DNA from: Candidatus Saccharimonadota bacterium
GTDB lineage: Bacteria > Pseudomonadota > Gammaproteobacteria > Enterobacterales > Enterobacteriaceae
Reading direction: 5' to 3'
DNA: 32,000 nucleotides
Assembly (NCBI GenBank): GCA_041942055.1
Contig: CP145874.1
Coordinates: 150,001-182,000 of the forward strand
The notes under the pieces were generated by a model, which was not told the DNA's origin, made no database searches, and saw only the letters and a program-made list of their open reading frames with translations. Numbering within the stretch: the stretch's first letter is position 1; each line of letters opens with the position of its first letter. Positions 21,269 to 32,000 of the stretch are shown piece by piece. The position numbers were made by a program, and so were the translations under genes.

Positions 21269-22999
21269 ATGCTTGGCATAATTCCACATGCATTTATTCA
21301 AAATTTACTTGCTCGAACAAACCTTGTAGAACTCATCGACTCTCGTCTAAATTTAAAAAAATATGGAAAGTATTATCGTGCTTGTTGTCCATTTCATAAT
21401 GACCATACACCTTCTTTTATTGTAAATAAAGAAAGACAATTTTTTTACTGTTTTGGCTGTGAAAAACATGGAAATGCAATTGATTTTATAATGAATTTTG
21501 ATGGTTTAAATTTTATTGAAACCATTCAAGAGTTAGCAAGTATTAACCGTATTGAAGTAGAATATGAAAAAAATAATCAATGGTCTTACCGTCAAAAATT
21601 ATATTTTATTATGAAAGAAGTAACTAGATTGTATCAAAATTCTCTTTGGCAAAAAACCGCAAAATGCGCTAGAAAATATTTAATACAACGTGGAATTCGT
21701 AGAGGTATAATAGAAGATTATTGTCTTGGTTATGCTCCCACTAATGTAAATATTCTAAATAATTTAGGTAGGGATTATTTTGATAATTTAATTAAACTTG
21801 GGATAATTATTACTAAATCTGAGAAAACTTATTATAATTTTTTTAGGGAACGTATTATTTTTCCTATTCGTGATCAATATGGAAGAGTATTAGGATTTGG
21901 CGGCAGAAGTCTCAATCATACTATTCATCCTAAATACTTAAATTCTCCTCATACCATTATTTTTAATAAATCACGTCAATTATATGGTCTTTATGAATTA
22001 TATAAAAAATGTTCAAAAAATTCTTGTATTTTAGTAGTTGAAGGATATATGGACGTAATTGCTTTAGCACAAGCGGGTATTTATTATACGGTTGCGTTAT
22101 TAGGTACTTCTACGACTAGAGATCAGATTCAATATTTATTTCGGATTACTAATCATATTATTTATTGTTATGATGGTGATCAGGCTGGAAGAAATGCTGC
22201 ATGGAATGCACTTCAAATGGCTTTAGACTATATGTTTGATGGTCACGAGTTAAGCTTTATTTTTCTTCCTGAGGGAGAAGACCCTGAATCTTTGATTCGA
22301 AAAAAAGGCAAAAGTTTTTTTGAACAGAAAATACAACATGCTCAATCGTTTTATGATTTTATGTTTCATACTTTAAGTAAAAAAATTAATTGGTCTTGTA
22401 TTGAAGGTAAGGCTAAATTCAGTAGCCTAGCATTGCCATTGATTAATAAAATTCCAGGAGAGATGTTACGTCTTTCTTTACATCAGTTATTAGGTGAGAA
22501 AGTAGGTATTTTTGATTATACTAGACTAGTTAATTTAGCCAAGAAATCAAAAAATAAACTTAAATGCAGGTTCAAATTTAAATATACTCCTATGCGGATA
22601 CTTATTTCATTATTACTTCAAAATCCATATCTTTCAAGTATTGTTCCAGAATTAGATTGTTTAACTCATATAAAAATTGCTGGATTATCACTATTTATTG
22701 AATTAGTAAAAATCTGTAGAACTAATCCCAAAATTACTATGGGACAATTATTAGAATTTTACCGAAATACTAAAATAATCAAACATCTTCAAATACTTGC
22801 AGTGTGGAATCATATGATTATAGATACAGAAGTGGAAAATACTTTTAAAGATGCATTAACTGCCATATATAATTTAGCACTTAAACAACGTCAAGAAAAA
22901 TTAATTGCAATAGAACGTAGTAAAGGATTAAATATGGATGGTCGTGAAGAATTATGGGCTTTAAATAAAGCATTAGCAAAAAAATCAAAAATAATATAA
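21269..22999 (+). CDS. dnaG: DNA primase
   Basis: 576 aa with the zinc-ribbon CCPFHNDHTPSFIVNKERQFFYCFGCEKHGNAIDF and the Toprim motifs EGYMDV and DGDQAG. Colinear with E. coli DnaG. Confidence 0.98.
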   Translation: MLGIIPHAFIQNLLARTNLVELIDSRLNLKKYGKYYRACCPFHNDHTPSFIVNKERQFFYCFGCEKHGNAIDFIMNFDGLNFIETIQELASINRIEVEYEKNNQWSYRQKLYFIMKEVTRLYQNSLWQKTAKCARKYLIQRGIRRGIIEDYCLGYAPTNVNILNNLGRDYFDNLIKLGIIITKSEKTYYNFFRERIIFPIRDQYGRVLGFGGRSLNHTIHPKYLNSPHTIIFNKSRQLYGLYELYKKCSKNSCILVVEGYMDVIALAQAGIYYTVALLGTSTTRDQIQYLFRITNHIIYCYDGDQAGRNAAWNALQMALDYMFDGHELSFIFLPEGEDPESLIRKKGKSFFEQKIQHAQSFYDFMFHTLSKKINWSCIEGKAKFSSLALPLINKIPGEMLRLSLHQLLGEKVGIFDYTRLVNLAKKSKNKLKCRFKFKYTPMRILISLLLQNPYLSSIVPELDCLTHIKIAGLSLFIELVKICRTNPKITMGQLLEFYRNTKIIKHLQILAVWNHMIIDTEVENTFKDALTAIYNLALKQRQEKLIAIERSKGLNMDGREELWALNKALAKKSKII

Positions 23000-23025
23000 A
23001 ATAAAAGTTTTATCAACATTCCAAA

Positions 23026-24870
23026 ATGTATGGATATCATATGATTGGGCATAATCCACAGTCACAACTTAAACTTCTAATCACCAGGGGTAAAGAACAG
23101 GGTTATTTAACCTATGCTGAAGTAAATGATCACCTTCCAGATGGTATTGTTGAACCTGATCAAATTGAAAATATCATTCAGATGATCAATGAGATGGGAA
23201 TTCCAGTGGTGGAAAAAACTCCTGATACCGATGATTTGATGCTAAATATTAATATTAATAATCCATCTACTGATGAAGAAACTGCAGAAGCGGCCGCTCA
23301 AGCATTATCGAGTGTTGATGGTGAATTAGATCGTACTACTGATCCTATACGTATGTATATGCGTGAAATGGGGACAGTAGAATTATTAACCCGAGAAGGG
23401 GAAATTGATATTGCTAAACGTATTGAAGAAGGTATTAATCAAGTACAATGCTCAGTTGCTGAATATCCTGAAGCAATTACATATCTTTTACAGCAATATG
23501 AGAGAGTGGAAATATATGAATTAAAATGGTCTGATTTAATAATAGGTTTTGTTGATCCAAATCTAAAAGAAGAGATGACATTTACTACTACTGTTGCTCC
23601 GCATATTGGGTCTGAACTATCTAATGATGAAATGAGTGATGATATAGATGACTTCAATCATATTGATCCTGTTTTTGCAGGAGAAAAGTTTAGAGCATTA
23701 CGCATGCAATATGAAATAACGAGAAGAATGATTCACGATAAGGGTCGTAAACATCCGGATGTTGCTCTAGAAATAAAAAAACTCTCCGAAATATTTAAAC
23801 AATTTCGTTTAGTACCTAAGCAATTCGATTACTTAGTGAATAATATGCGTTCTATGATGGAACGTGTACGTCTTCAAGAACGTCTTATAATGAAATTGTG
23901 CATTAAAGAATGTAAAATTCCTAAGAATACTTTTATGTCTTTATTTACTGGCAATGAATCTAATGAATTTTGGATCAAAAATGCTATTCTTGAGAATCAG
24001 CCATGGTCTAAAAAACTGTATGAAGTTGCTGACCACATATTAGTCATTACGAGAAAATTGTCTCAAATTGAAGAAGAAACCGGTCTTACTATTGAACAAA
24101 TCAAAGATATCAATCGTCGAATGTCTATCGGAGAAGCAAAAGCCCGACGTGCCAAAAAAGACATGGTAGAAGCTAATTTACGTTTAGTTATTTCTATTGC
24201 AAAAAAATATACTAACCGTGGATTACAATTTCTTGATTTAATTCAGGAAGGTAATATTGGTTTAATGAAGGCAGTAGATAAATTTGAATATAGACGAGGA
24301 TATAAATTTTCGACTTATGCTACATGGTGGATTCGTCAGGCTATTACACGTTCTATAGCTGATCAAGCAAGGACCATTCGTATTCCCGTACATATGATAG
24401 AAACTATAAATAAATTAAATCGAGTTTCTCGTAAAATATTACAAGAAATCGGTCGGGAACCAACTCCAGACGAACTTGCAGCCCGTATGATGATGCCTGA
24501 AGATAAAATTAGAAAAATATTAAAAATAGCCAAAGAACCTATCTCTATGGAAACACCTATTGGTGATGATGAAGATTCACATTTAGGAGATTTCATTGAA
24601 GATACAACTGTAGAAATGCCTTTAGAATCTGCTACTTTTGAAAGTCTTAAAGCGGCTACTAATTCAGTTTTGTCAGGTTTAACGGCACGTGAGGCCAAGG
24701 TATTACGAATGCGTTTTGGAATTGATATGAATACTGACCACACTTTGGAAGAAGTAGGTAAACAATTTGATGTAACACGCGAGCGTATTCGTCAAATAGA
24801 AGCTAAAGCTTTACGTAAATTGCGTCACCCTAGTAGGTCTGAATTACTGCGTAGTTTTATTGAAGATTAA
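23026..24870 (+). CDS. rpoD: RNA polymerase sigma factor RpoD (sigma-70)
   Basis: [29 protein letters not shown] through regions 2-4 ([67 protein letters not shown]) is nearly identical to E. coli sigma-70. The start may instead be the second ATG at 23041 (MIGHNPQ...), which aligns better with E. coli MEQNPQ. Confidence 0.98.
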   Translation: MYGYHMIGHNPQSQLKLLITRGKEQGYLTYAEVNDHLPDGIVEPDQIENIIQMINEMGIPVVEKTPDTDDLMLNININNPSTDEETAEAAAQALSSVDGELDRTTDPIRMYMREMGTVELLTREGEIDIAKRIEEGINQVQCSVAEYPEAITYLLQQYERVEIYELKWSDLIIGFVDPNLKEEMTFTTTVAPHIGSELSNDEMSDDIDDFNHIDPVFAGEKFRALRMQYEITRRMIHDKGRKHPDVALEIKKLSEIFKQFRLVPKQFDYLVNNMRSMMERVRLQERLIMKLCIKECKIPKNTFMSLFTGNESNEFWIKNAILENQPWSKKLYEVADHILVITRKLSQIEEETGLTIEQIKDINRRMSIGEAKARRAKKDMVEANLRLVISIAKKYTNRGLQFLDLIQEGNIGLMKAVDKFEYRRGYKFSTYATWWIRQAITRSIADQARTIRIPVHMIETINKLNRVSRKILQEIGREPTPDELAARMMMPEDKIRKILKIAKEPISMETPIGDDEDSHLGDFIEDTTVEMPLESATFESLKAATNSVLSGLTAREAKVLRMRFGIDMNTDHTLEEVGKQFDVTRERIRQIEAKALRKLRHPSRSELLRSFIED

Positions 24871-24907
24871 ATAAAATGTGATAATATTCATTAAAAAATA
24901 ATATTAC

Positions 24908-24980
24908 GGCCCTTTAGCTCAGAGGTTAGAGCAGACGACTCATAATCGTTTGGTCGCTGGTTCAAATCCAGCAAGGGCCA
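24908..24980 (+). tRNA. ileX: tRNA with CAU anticodon, best read as tRNA-Ile2 (lysidine-modified, ileX-like)
   Basis: GGCCCTTTAGCTCAGAGGTTAGAGCAGACGACTCATAATCGTTTGGTCGCTGGTTCAAATCCAGCAAGGGCCA is a good cloverleaf (acceptor GGCCCTT/AAGGGCC). It is very similar to my recollection of E. coli ileX and, like ileX, lies downstream of rpoD. The Ile2 versus Met assignment rests on that similarity. CCA is not encoded (flank CTA). Confidence 0.8.
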
Positions 24981-25054
24981 CTACTATTACCTTTATTATA
25001 TTATTTTATATTTATTAAGAATAACTTCTTATCCTTGCTAATCAATCGGGGTGC

Positions 25055-25140
25055 TACCGAAGGCCGGATTTGAACCGGCATGCCTTTATTATAGCGATTG
25101 ATTTTGAGTCAATTGCGTCTACCAATTCCGCCACTTCGGC
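25055..25140 (-). tRNA. leuX: tRNA-Leu (anticodon CAA), leuX-like, long variable arm
   Basis: Reverse complement GCCGAAGTGGCGGAATTGGTAGACGCAATTGACTCAAAATCAATCGCTATAATAAAGGCATGCCGGTTCAAATCCGGCCTTCGGTA, with anticodon stem ATTGA/TCAAT, loop CTCAAAA and T-arm GCCGG/CCGGC. CCA is not encoded (flank GCA). Confidence 0.93.
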
Positions 25141-25178
25141 ATTTTATGTATATATAACTGTAATTTTTAGGAGACTCC

Positions 25179-26696
25179 ATGCAGTTCAGTATTAATAAAA
25201 AAACTGATATAAAAAAAAGTGATTGTTTGGTTATAGGAGTATTTGAATCACGAAAATTATCTATTTCTGCCAAATATTTTGATAAACTCAGTAATTTGTA
25301 TATTAGTACTTTGTTACTTAAAGGAGACATTTCTGGTAAAATTGGTCAATATTTACTTTTATATAATGTTCCTAATGTTCCTTCCGAACGTATTTTACTA
25401 ATGGGTTGTGGTAAAGAGCGTCAAGTCAATCAAGATCATTATCAGACTCTTATTAATAAGATGATAAATATTTTAAATGAAACTGGATCTAAAGACGTGG
25501 TATTATTTTTATCTGAATTAGATATTGGAAATCTTAATATATATTGGAAAATACGTCAAGCAGTTGAAACTATAAAAAATGCTTTATATTCTTTTGACCA
25601 ATTTAAGAGTAAGAAAAATAAATCTAAACGTCGTCTTCAGAAAATTATTTTTAATATTTCAAATTGTTATGACGTTTCTATGGCACAATTAGGTATTAAA
25701 CATGGTATAGCTATTGCTGATGGTATCAAAATAGCAAAAGACCTGAGTAACTTGCCTCCAAATATTTGCAATTCATCTTATATGGATTCACAGGCTTATC
25801 AGTTATCCAAATTATATAAAAATATCAAAGTATCATCAATTAACGAATGTGAAATGAAAAAATTGGGTATGAATGCATATCTAGCGGTCGGAGAAGGATC
25901 TAAAAATGAATCAATCATGACCATTATAGAATATTTACCTAATTTAGATGAGAAACCTATTGTATTAATAGGAAAAGGATTAACTTTTGATGCGGGGGGA
26001 CTATCTATAAAACCTGCAAATGCAATGGAAGAAATGAAGTATGATATGTGTGGTGCAGCTTGTGTATATGGTATTATGCATGTAATTGCTAAATTAGAAT
26101 TACCATTAAATATAATTGGAATTCTTGCAGGTTGCGAAAATATGATCAGTGAAAAATCTTTTCATCCCGGAGATATCGTAACTACTATGTCAGGAAAAAC
26201 AGTTGAAGTTTTAAATACAGATGCTGAGGGAAGATTGGTATTATGTGATGTTTTAACATATGTTGAAAAGTTTCATCCTAAAATTGTAATTGATATAGCT
26301 ACATTGACTGGGGCATGTGTAATTGCATTAGGAAATGAAATTAGTGGTTTGATGTCTAATCATAATCACTTAGCATCCCAATTATTAAAGGCTTCTGAAC
26401 TATCTGGCGATTTAGTTTGGAGATTACCAATGATAGAAAAATATCAAAATCAATTAACGTCAAATTATGCTGATCTGACAAATATTGGTGGACGTTCTAG
26501 TTATGCCGGAGCTATTACAGCAGCTTGTTTTTTAGCACGTTTTACCACTAAGTATAGGTGGGCACATTTAGATATTGCAGGTACTGCATGGCAATCAGGA
26601 AAAGGTGCTACTGGAAGACCCGTATCTTTGATTTCTCAATTTATATTAAATCAATTGAGGTCTTATTCTCCTGTAAAACCAAGTGTTATTATATAA
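25179..26696 (+). CDS. pepA: Leucyl aminopeptidase (aminopeptidase A)
   Basis: 505 aa. [24 protein letters not shown] and [12 protein letters not shown] are the M17 metal and catalytic motifs. Colinear with E. coli PepA. AGGAG at 25169-25173 lies 5 nt upstream of the ATG. Confidence 0.98.
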   Translation: MQFSINKKTDIKKSDCLVIGVFESRKLSISAKYFDKLSNLYISTLLLKGDISGKIGQYLLLYNVPNVPSERILLMGCGKERQVNQDHYQTLINKMINILNETGSKDVVLFLSELDIGNLNIYWKIRQAVETIKNALYSFDQFKSKKNKSKRRLQKIIFNISNCYDVSMAQLGIKHGIAIADGIKIAKDLSNLPPNICNSSYMDSQAYQLSKLYKNIKVSSINECEMKKLGMNAYLAVGEGSKNESIMTIIEYLPNLDEKPIVLIGKGLTFDAGGLSIKPANAMEEMKYDMCGAACVYGIMHVIAKLELPLNIIGILAGCENMISEKSFHPGDIVTTMSGKTVEVLNTDAEGRLVLCDVLTYVEKFHPKIVIDIATLTGACVIALGNEISGLMSNHNHLASQLLKASELSGDLVWRLPMIEKYQNQLTSNYADLTNIGGRSSYAGAITAACFLARFTTKYRWAHLDIAGTAWQSGKGATGRPVSLISQFILNQLRSYSPVKPSVII

Positions 26697-26752
26697 CAAC
26701 AGTTCAGTTTTTTATAAAATATTCAAATTTATTCTAGCTATCCTTACATAAG

Positions 26753-29608
26753 ATGGAAAAAAAATATAATCCGAAAGAAATAGAACAACAAATCTATGAA
26801 TATTGGGAACAAAAAGGATACTTTTATCCGCATGGAAATACGTGTAAAGAGAGTTTTTGCATTATGCTTCCACCACCAAATATTACTGGAAGTTTGCATA
26901 TGGGACATGCTTTTCAGCAAACGATTATGGACATACTAATCCGTTATCATCGTATGCAAGGTAAAAATACTTTATGGCAAATAGGTACAGATCATGCTGG
27001 TATTGCCACACAAATTATAATAGAACGTAAATTAGCTTTACAAACCGGAAAAAGTAGAAAAGATTTTGGAAGGATAAATTTTGTAAATCAAGTTTGGCAG
27101 TGGTCAAAAAAATTAAAAAAAAGCATTATCAGTCAAATGAAACGTTTAGGTAATTCTGCCGATTGGAAACGTGAAAGATTCACAATGGATTCGGATTTCT
27201 CTATTTCAGTAAACGAAGCATTTACGCGTTTATATAAAGAGGGTTTAATTTATCGTAGAAAACATTTGGTGAATTGGGATCCGATACTCGAAACAGCTAT
27301 TTCTGATTTAGAAGTTGATAATCGTAGATGTAAAGGATCAATGTGGTATATACGTTATCCATTCACTAATCAACAAATTCGTACGTTTAATGGTAAAAAT
27401 TACTTAGTAGTAGCTACTACTCGGCCCGAAACCATTTTTGGTGATACCGGAATTGCTGTTCATCCTAATGATCAGCGTTATAAAGAATTAATCGGTCAAT
27501 TAGTAAAAATTCCTTTATTAAATCGTTCAATTCCTATTATTGCTGATAAACAAATTGATATGTCCATAGGAACAGGATGTATGAAAATTACACCCGCTCA
27601 TGATTTTAAAGATTATGAAATAGGTTGTCGCTACGATTTACCAATAATTAATATTTTTAACCTTAATGGAACTATTAGAAGTTCGGCAGAAATCTTTGAT
27701 TATCAAGGAATAATAATAAATATTCCTTCTATAACCATACCAAAAGAATTTCATAATTTAAAATGTATAGCTGCGAGAGAAAAAATTATTATTCAGTTAA
27801 AAGATTTGAATTTATTAGAAAAAATACAAGATCATGATTTTGTAATGCCATATTCAGATCGTAGTGGTGCAATTATTGAACCTATCTTAACTGATCAGTG
27901 GTTTATTCGTACAAAATCTATGGCAAAAATTGCTATAGAAGCCGTTCAACAGAAACAAATTAAATTTATTCCGGAAAAATATGAAAATCTTTATTTTTCT
28001 TGGATGCATCACATTCAAGATTGGTGTATATCTCGTAGTTTATGGTGGGGACATCGTATTCCTGCTTGGTATGATATCAATGGAAAAATTTATGTTGGTA
28101 GAAGCGAAAAAGAAGTGCGTTTAGAGAATAAATTAGATAAAAATTTAGATTTAAATCAAGATAATGATGTATTAGATACTTGGTTTTCATCTGCATTATG
28201 GACATTTGCTACCTTAGGATGGCCAAATAATACAGAAGCATTAGATATCTTTCATCCTACTAATATATTAGTAAGTGGATTTGATATTATTTTTTTTTGG
28301 ATAGCACGTATGATAATGCTTACTATGCATTTTATTAAAGATAAACAAGGAAAACCACAAATTCCGTTTAAAACTGTGTTTATAACAGGATTAATTAAAG
28401 ACGAAGAAGGTAATAAAATGTCTAAATCAAAAGGAAATGTTATTGATCCTTTAGATATAATAGATGGTATTTCATTAGAAGCATTATTAACCAAACGTAC
28501 CGAGAATATGATACAACCCAAATTAGCTAATAAGATTATTGAACGTACTAAAAAACAGTTTCCATTTGGAATCAAACCATATGGAACAGATGCCTTAAGA
28601 TTTACTCTAGCAGCTTTATCTGCTAATTGTCGAGATATTCATTGGGATATGAAACGATTAGAGGGCTATCGTAATTTCTGTAATAAATTATGGAATGCTG
28701 CTAGGTTTGTTTTACAACATAAATCTGTTCATAACACTAACACATCTACTAATTATAATTCATTATTATCCCAATCGGACCGTTGGATCAAATCGGAATT
28801 AACTATTACTATTAAAAATTATCGTAATGCACTAGATAATTATCGTTTTGATCTAGCATCTAACTTAATTTATGAATTTACTTGGAATAAATATTGTGAC
28901 TGGTATTTAGAAATAGTCAAAGTCACTCTCAATAATTATGGTGCTAGATACCGCACTATGATTGAAGTGTTCGAATCGATCTTATTATTAGCACATCCTA
29001 TTATTCCTTTTATTACTGAAATACTTTGGCAGCGTCTTAAAAGTAAAAATGATACTATTATGTTGCAATCTTTTCCGAATTATGATGAATCACAGTATGA
29101 TCATACTTCAATAATTGAAATGAACTTTATAAAAAAAATAGTTATAGGCATACGTAATATTCGTGCAGAAATGAATTTATCATTGAATATACCGTTGAGA
29201 GTATTATTCCGTAATATTAATAATCAGTGTTCTTATCTGGATTATATTCGAATGATTAAGAAGAACACAGAACTTTTATGTTTAATTGCTCGTTTAAGTT
29301 CAATTTCATTTTTAGAAAATGATTTTCAAATTAAGAATTTGATTTATAAGAATAAGATTATTTCCGGGGTAGAATTATTAATTCCATTAAATGGTATAGT
29401 AAATAAAACTATTGAATTAGAACGACTGACCAAACAACTTACTAAATTATCTATGAAAATCAAACGTATGGAAATCATTTTATCTAATGAAGCTTTTCTA
29501 TCTAATGCTCCTCCGCATGTAGTATTAAACAATAGAGAACAATTGAATACTTATTTGCAGGAGAAAAAAATTTTAGAAGATCAACAAACGTTATTGAATC
29601 AAATCTAA
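26753..29608 (+). CDS. valS: Valine--tRNA ligase
   Basis: 951 aa, the same length as E. coli ValS. HIGH-type PPPNITGSLHMGHA, KMSKS (NKMSKSKGN) and a C-terminal coiled-coil are present. Confidence 0.99.
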   Translation: MEKKYNPKEIEQQIYEYWEQKGYFYPHGNTCKESFCIMLPPPNITGSLHMGHAFQQTIMDILIRYHRMQGKNTLWQIGTDHAGIATQIIIERKLALQTGKSRKDFGRINFVNQVWQWSKKLKKSIISQMKRLGNSADWKRERFTMDSDFSISVNEAFTRLYKEGLIYRRKHLVNWDPILETAISDLEVDNRRCKGSMWYIRYPFTNQQIRTFNGKNYLVVATTRPETIFGDTGIAVHPNDQRYKELIGQLVKIPLLNRSIPIIADKQIDMSIGTGCMKITPAHDFKDYEIGCRYDLPIINIFNLNGTIRSSAEIFDYQGIIINIPSITIPKEFHNLKCIAAREKIIIQLKDLNLLEKIQDHDFVMPYSDRSGAIIEPILTDQWFIRTKSMAKIAIEAVQQKQIKFIPEKYENLYFSWMHHIQDWCISRSLWWGHRIPAWYDINGKIYVGRSEKEVRLENKLDKNLDLNQDNDVLDTWFSSALWTFATLGWPNNTEALDIFHPTNILVSGFDIIFFWIARMIMLTMHFIKDKQGKPQIPFKTVFITGLIKDEEGNKMSKSKGNVIDPLDIIDGISLEALLTKRTENMIQPKLANKIIERTKKQFPFGIKPYGTDALRFTLAALSANCRDIHWDMKRLEGYRNFCNKLWNAARFVLQHKSVHNTNTSTNYNSLLSQSDRWIKSELTITIKNYRNALDNYRFDLASNLIYEFTWNKYCDWYLEIVKVTLNNYGARYRTMIEVFESILLLAHPIIPFITEILWQRLKSKNDTIMLQSFPNYDESQYDHTSIIEMNFIKKIVIGIRNIRAEMNLSLNIPLRVLFRNINNQCSYLDYIRMIKKNTELLCLIARLSSISFLENDFQIKNLIYKNKIISGVELLIPLNGIVNKTIELERLTKQLTKLSMKIKRMEIILSNEAFLSNAPPHVVLNNREQLNTYLQEKKILEDQQTLLNQI

Positions 29609-29612
29609 TTAA

Positions 29613-30617
29613 TTATTTATTACTCATTAATGTGATTAAATCTAATAGTTTTTCTGAGTATCCTATTTCATTATCATACCACGATATAATTTTAAAAAAA
29701 TTTTTGTTTAATGCCCTACCTGCATCTGCATCAAAAATTGATGTAAAACTTTCCCCATAAAAATCACTTGAAACTAGTTGATTTTGGTTATAACCCAAAA
29801 TTCCTTGAAGATTTGTCTCAGATGCTTCTTTCATTATGGTGCATATTTCTTCATAATTAACAGATTTTTTTAATCTTACGGTTAAATCTATTACTGAAAC
29901 ATTCGAGACTGGCACACGAAATGCTATTCCAGTTAATTTTCCTTGAAGTGAAGGAATAATTTTACTGATTGAAGTTGCAGCTCCTGTAGAAGAGGGAATT
30001 ATATTCTGCAAACCACTTCTTCCTAATCTCCAATCTTTAGTACAAATACCATCGACTATTTTTTGTGTCGCGGTTAGAGCATGTATAGTTGTCATCATCC
30101 CTTCTATAATCACAAAATTATCATGAAGAATTTTAACTATAGGAGCTAAACAATTAGTAGTACAAGATGCATTAGAAACAATCTTTTGGCCTTTATAAGA
30201 ATGATGATTTACTCCCATGACAAACATATCAGTATTATCTTTAGATGGTGCAGTCAGTACTACTTTTTTAGCTCCAGCAATAAGATGTTTTGAAGCAGAT
30301 TCCTTGGTCAAAAACATACCAGTAGCTTCAGCCACAATGTCAACTTCCATATGATTCCATCTTAAATTTAAAGGATTTGGTTCTGCAGTTACTTGTATAA
30401 TTTGTTTATTTACTATTAAATTCCCATGTTTTATGTCTATATCTATAGCACCTTTAAATATTCCATGAGTGGAATCATATTTTAGTAGGTAAGCTAAGTG
30501 ATCTATTTTTAATAAATCATTTATAGCAACAATCTTAATATTTTTACGTTTTTGTGCTGCTCTAAAAATCATTCTCCCAATTCTACCCAAACCATTAATT
30601 CCGATTTTAATACTCAT
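29613..30617 (-). CDS. gapA: Glyceraldehyde-3-phosphate dehydrogenase A
   Basis: 334 aa. INGLGRIGR, catalytic [12 protein letters not shown] and WYDNEIGYS are present. Colinear with E. coli GapA. Confidence 0.98.
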   Translation of the reverse strand: MSIKIGINGLGRIGRMIFRAAQKRKNIKIVAINDLLKIDHLAYLLKYDSTHGIFKGAIDIDIKHGNLIVNKQIIQVTAEPNPLNLRWNHMEVDIVAEATGMFLTKESASKHLIAGAKKVVLTAPSKDNTDMFVMGVNHHSYKGQKIVSNASCTTNCLAPIVKILHDNFVIIEGMMTTIHALTATQKIVDGICTKDWRLGRSGLQNIIPSSTGAATSISKIIPSLQGKLTGIAFRVPVSNVSVIDLTVRLKKSVNYEEICTIMKEASETNLQGILGYNQNQLVSSDFYGESFTSIFDADAGRALNKNFFKIISWYDNEIGYSEKLLDLITLMSNK

Positions 30618-30644
30618 CTATTTTCTCCAATATTCATAAGAATA

Positions 30645-32000
30645 TTAATCCATTGTATAGGTGCATCTAATGCATTGTGCATAAATTTTAATAGAATTTA
30701 GAGATTCTGTGAATATCTTTAGATATTCATCTAATAATACTAGAAGGTTATTAGAGTACATTTTTTGGTGGATTAGCGGTAATTTTTTTAAATTGTTGAT
30801 TAACCTTTTCATCCAAGATATTTTTTTATGATGATGAATCCATTCTATTTGCCATTGTTTTAATTTGGCTAATTGGGCGACTTTTAAAACCGCGTCATCA
30901 AAATCTCCTAGAGCATCAACTAATCCTATTCTTTTTGCGTCACTACCAGACCACACTTTACCTTGAGCCAGTTTTTCAACAGATTCTAGGGAAAGATGTC
31001 TTGAAGCTGCTACGTCATTAACAAAATCGTTGTAATAGTATTCTAGTATTGTCTGAATAAAATCTTTCTGTTCAGGTGTCAAAGATTTTACAGGAGAAAA
31101 ATCAAAATGAGTTGAAGTTGATAAGGATGAATTTGAGATTGTATCAGTATGTATACCTATTTTGTCTAAGAAATTTACCAAATTTGGCCATACACTAAAT
31201 ACGCCTATTGATCCAGTAATAGTATTAGGATTTGCAATTATGTAATTAGCTGGAGTACAAATTAAATAACCACCCGATGCCGCATAGTTTCCCATAAGAA
31301 CTACTATGGGTTTACCTGCTTTACGTATGTCTATAAGTGCATCTCGTATTAGGTTTGATGAATCTAAATCACCCCCGGGACTATCAACATATAATATAAA
31401 ACCTTTAAAATCTTGAGAATGGTTGGCTTTATAGATATCATCAAGAATATCAAAAGCATTGGTCTTTATACGATCATTATACTTCGTAAGTTCTCCATTC
31501 GTAAGTTCTCCATAAATTTTAAAAACACCAATCTTATTATGGCTCATTAAGTTTTTCATTTTAGATTGATGTTGTTTTTGTTCTAACATGTAATCATTAA
31601 TACTAATGCAATAATCATCCGATCTTTTACTTTTATTACCTCCAAATTTTTTAATCATTTCATTATTGAATTCATATGGAGTTTTTAATTCATCAACTAA
31701 TTTAGTTTGATAAGCATACTCTGCTGAATTAAGTTTAACTTGTTTTAGTTTTCTAAATATTTCATTAGGAGTTGGAAAAATTTGTTGTATTGTCATATGC
31801 CGATTATCTGCTATGGTTTGTAGAATATGATTCCATAAATGGTTTAATACCTGTTGCATTTCAGTACGAACATGCGGTGACATATCATTACGCATAAATA
31901 ATTCAACGGCAGATTTGTAATTACCTACTCTAAATACATAAGGATTTAATTGAAGTTTATCCAATAAATCTTTTAAATAAATACTGTCCATGGTAAAACC
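30645..32000 (-). CDS. sppA: Signal peptide peptidase SppA (protease IV), C-terminal ~450 codons; 5' end beyond the window
   Basis: The frame stays open upstream of the track's ATG (31991) as ...[33 protein letters not shown], aligning with the internal E. coli SppA sequence HGFATNGLYYKSLLDKLKVSTHVFRVGTYKSAVE. The catalytic Lys context (YKSAVE) and Ser context (AASGGY) are conserved, as is the C-terminal QCIRCTY tail. Confidence 0.93.
   Translation of the reverse strand, partial: GFTMDSIYLKDLLDKLQLNPYVFRVGNYKSAVELFMRNDMSPHVRTEMQQVLNHLWNHILQTIADNRHMTIQQIFPTPNEIFRKLKQVKLNSAEYAYQTKLVDELKTPYEFNNEMIKKFGGNKSKRSDDYCISINDYMLEQKQHQSKMKNLMSHNKIGVFKIYGELTNGELTKYNDRIKTNAFDILDDIYKANHSQDFKGFILYVDSPGGDLDSSNLIRDALIDIRKAGKPIVVLMGNYAASGGYLICTPANYIIANPNTITGSIGVFSVWPNLVNFLDKIGIHTDTISNSSLSTSTHFDFSPVKSLTPEQKDFIQTILEYYYNDFVNDVAASRHLSLESVEKLAQGKVWSGSDAKRIGLVDALGDFDDAVLKVAQLAKLKQWQIEWIHHHKKISWMKRLINNLKKLPLIHQKMYSNNLLVLLDEYLKIFTESLNSIKIYAQCIRCTYTMD
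31483..31512. repeat. Perfect 15-bp tandem duplication inside sppA (in frame)
   Basis: The plus strand reads ttcgtaagttctcca twice (31483-31497 and 31498-31512), encoding [10 protein letters not shown] on the minus strand. Confidence 0.9.

Noticed and set aside
24908-24980. Reading the CAU-anticodon tRNA as elongator or initiator tRNA-Met
   Set aside because: It lacks the initiator features (three G-C pairs in the anticodon stem, C1-A72 mismatch). The sequence and the position downstream of rpoD match my recollection of E. coli ileX. The Ile2 call is still unverified until tilS and the identity elements are checked.
25016-25031. Small hairpin TAAGAA-taac-TTCTTA between the convergent tRNAs as a bidirectional terminator
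   Set aside because: The stem is only 6 bp and almost all A/U, with no U-run following on either strand. It cannot be distinguished from chance.

Overview
This is an AT-rich window (roughly a quarter G+C by eye), tightly packed and made almost entirely of housekeeping genes. The proteins are near-identical to E. coli orthologues and the operon order is enterobacterial, which fits a reduced-genome Enterobacterales-derived obligate endosymbiont of the Buchnera/Blochmannia/Wigglesworthia type. The species cannot be determined from the sequence alone. I support 27 CDSs. On the minus strand: rpoC (partial, GTG start, absent from the ORF track), rpoB, rplL, rplJ, rplA, rplK, nusG and secE. On the plus strand: mnmG and atpBEFHAGDC. 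Then a Nuc-like single-HKD PLD nuclease (-), cca (+), tsaD (-), rpsU-dnaG-rpoD (+), pepA and valS (+), gapA (-) and sppA (-, 5' partial). There are six tRNAs: thrU-tyrU-glyT-thrT on the minus strand, an ileX-like CAU tRNA on plus, and a leuX-like CAA tRNA on minus. I found no CRISPR array, IS element, transposase, integrase, prophage, clear pseudogene or multi-gene accessory or defence island, and the genetic code looks standard. The observations most worth a second look are these. (1) The only large gene-free interval (8558-9572, about 1 kb) carries a GATC cluster, 13-mer-like repeats and a degenerate R1-like DnaA box in an arrangement that parallels E. coli oriC. (2) A periplasmic Nuc-like PLD nuclease is retained at a synteny breakpoint. 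(3) Cca has an intact polymerase head but an eroded HD motif, while all six tRNA genes lack an encoded 3' CCA. (4) Several ancestral regulatory or leader regions and small genes have been deleted at conserved junctions. All homology statements come from my recall of E. coli sequences and from reading motifs by eye, with no database search.
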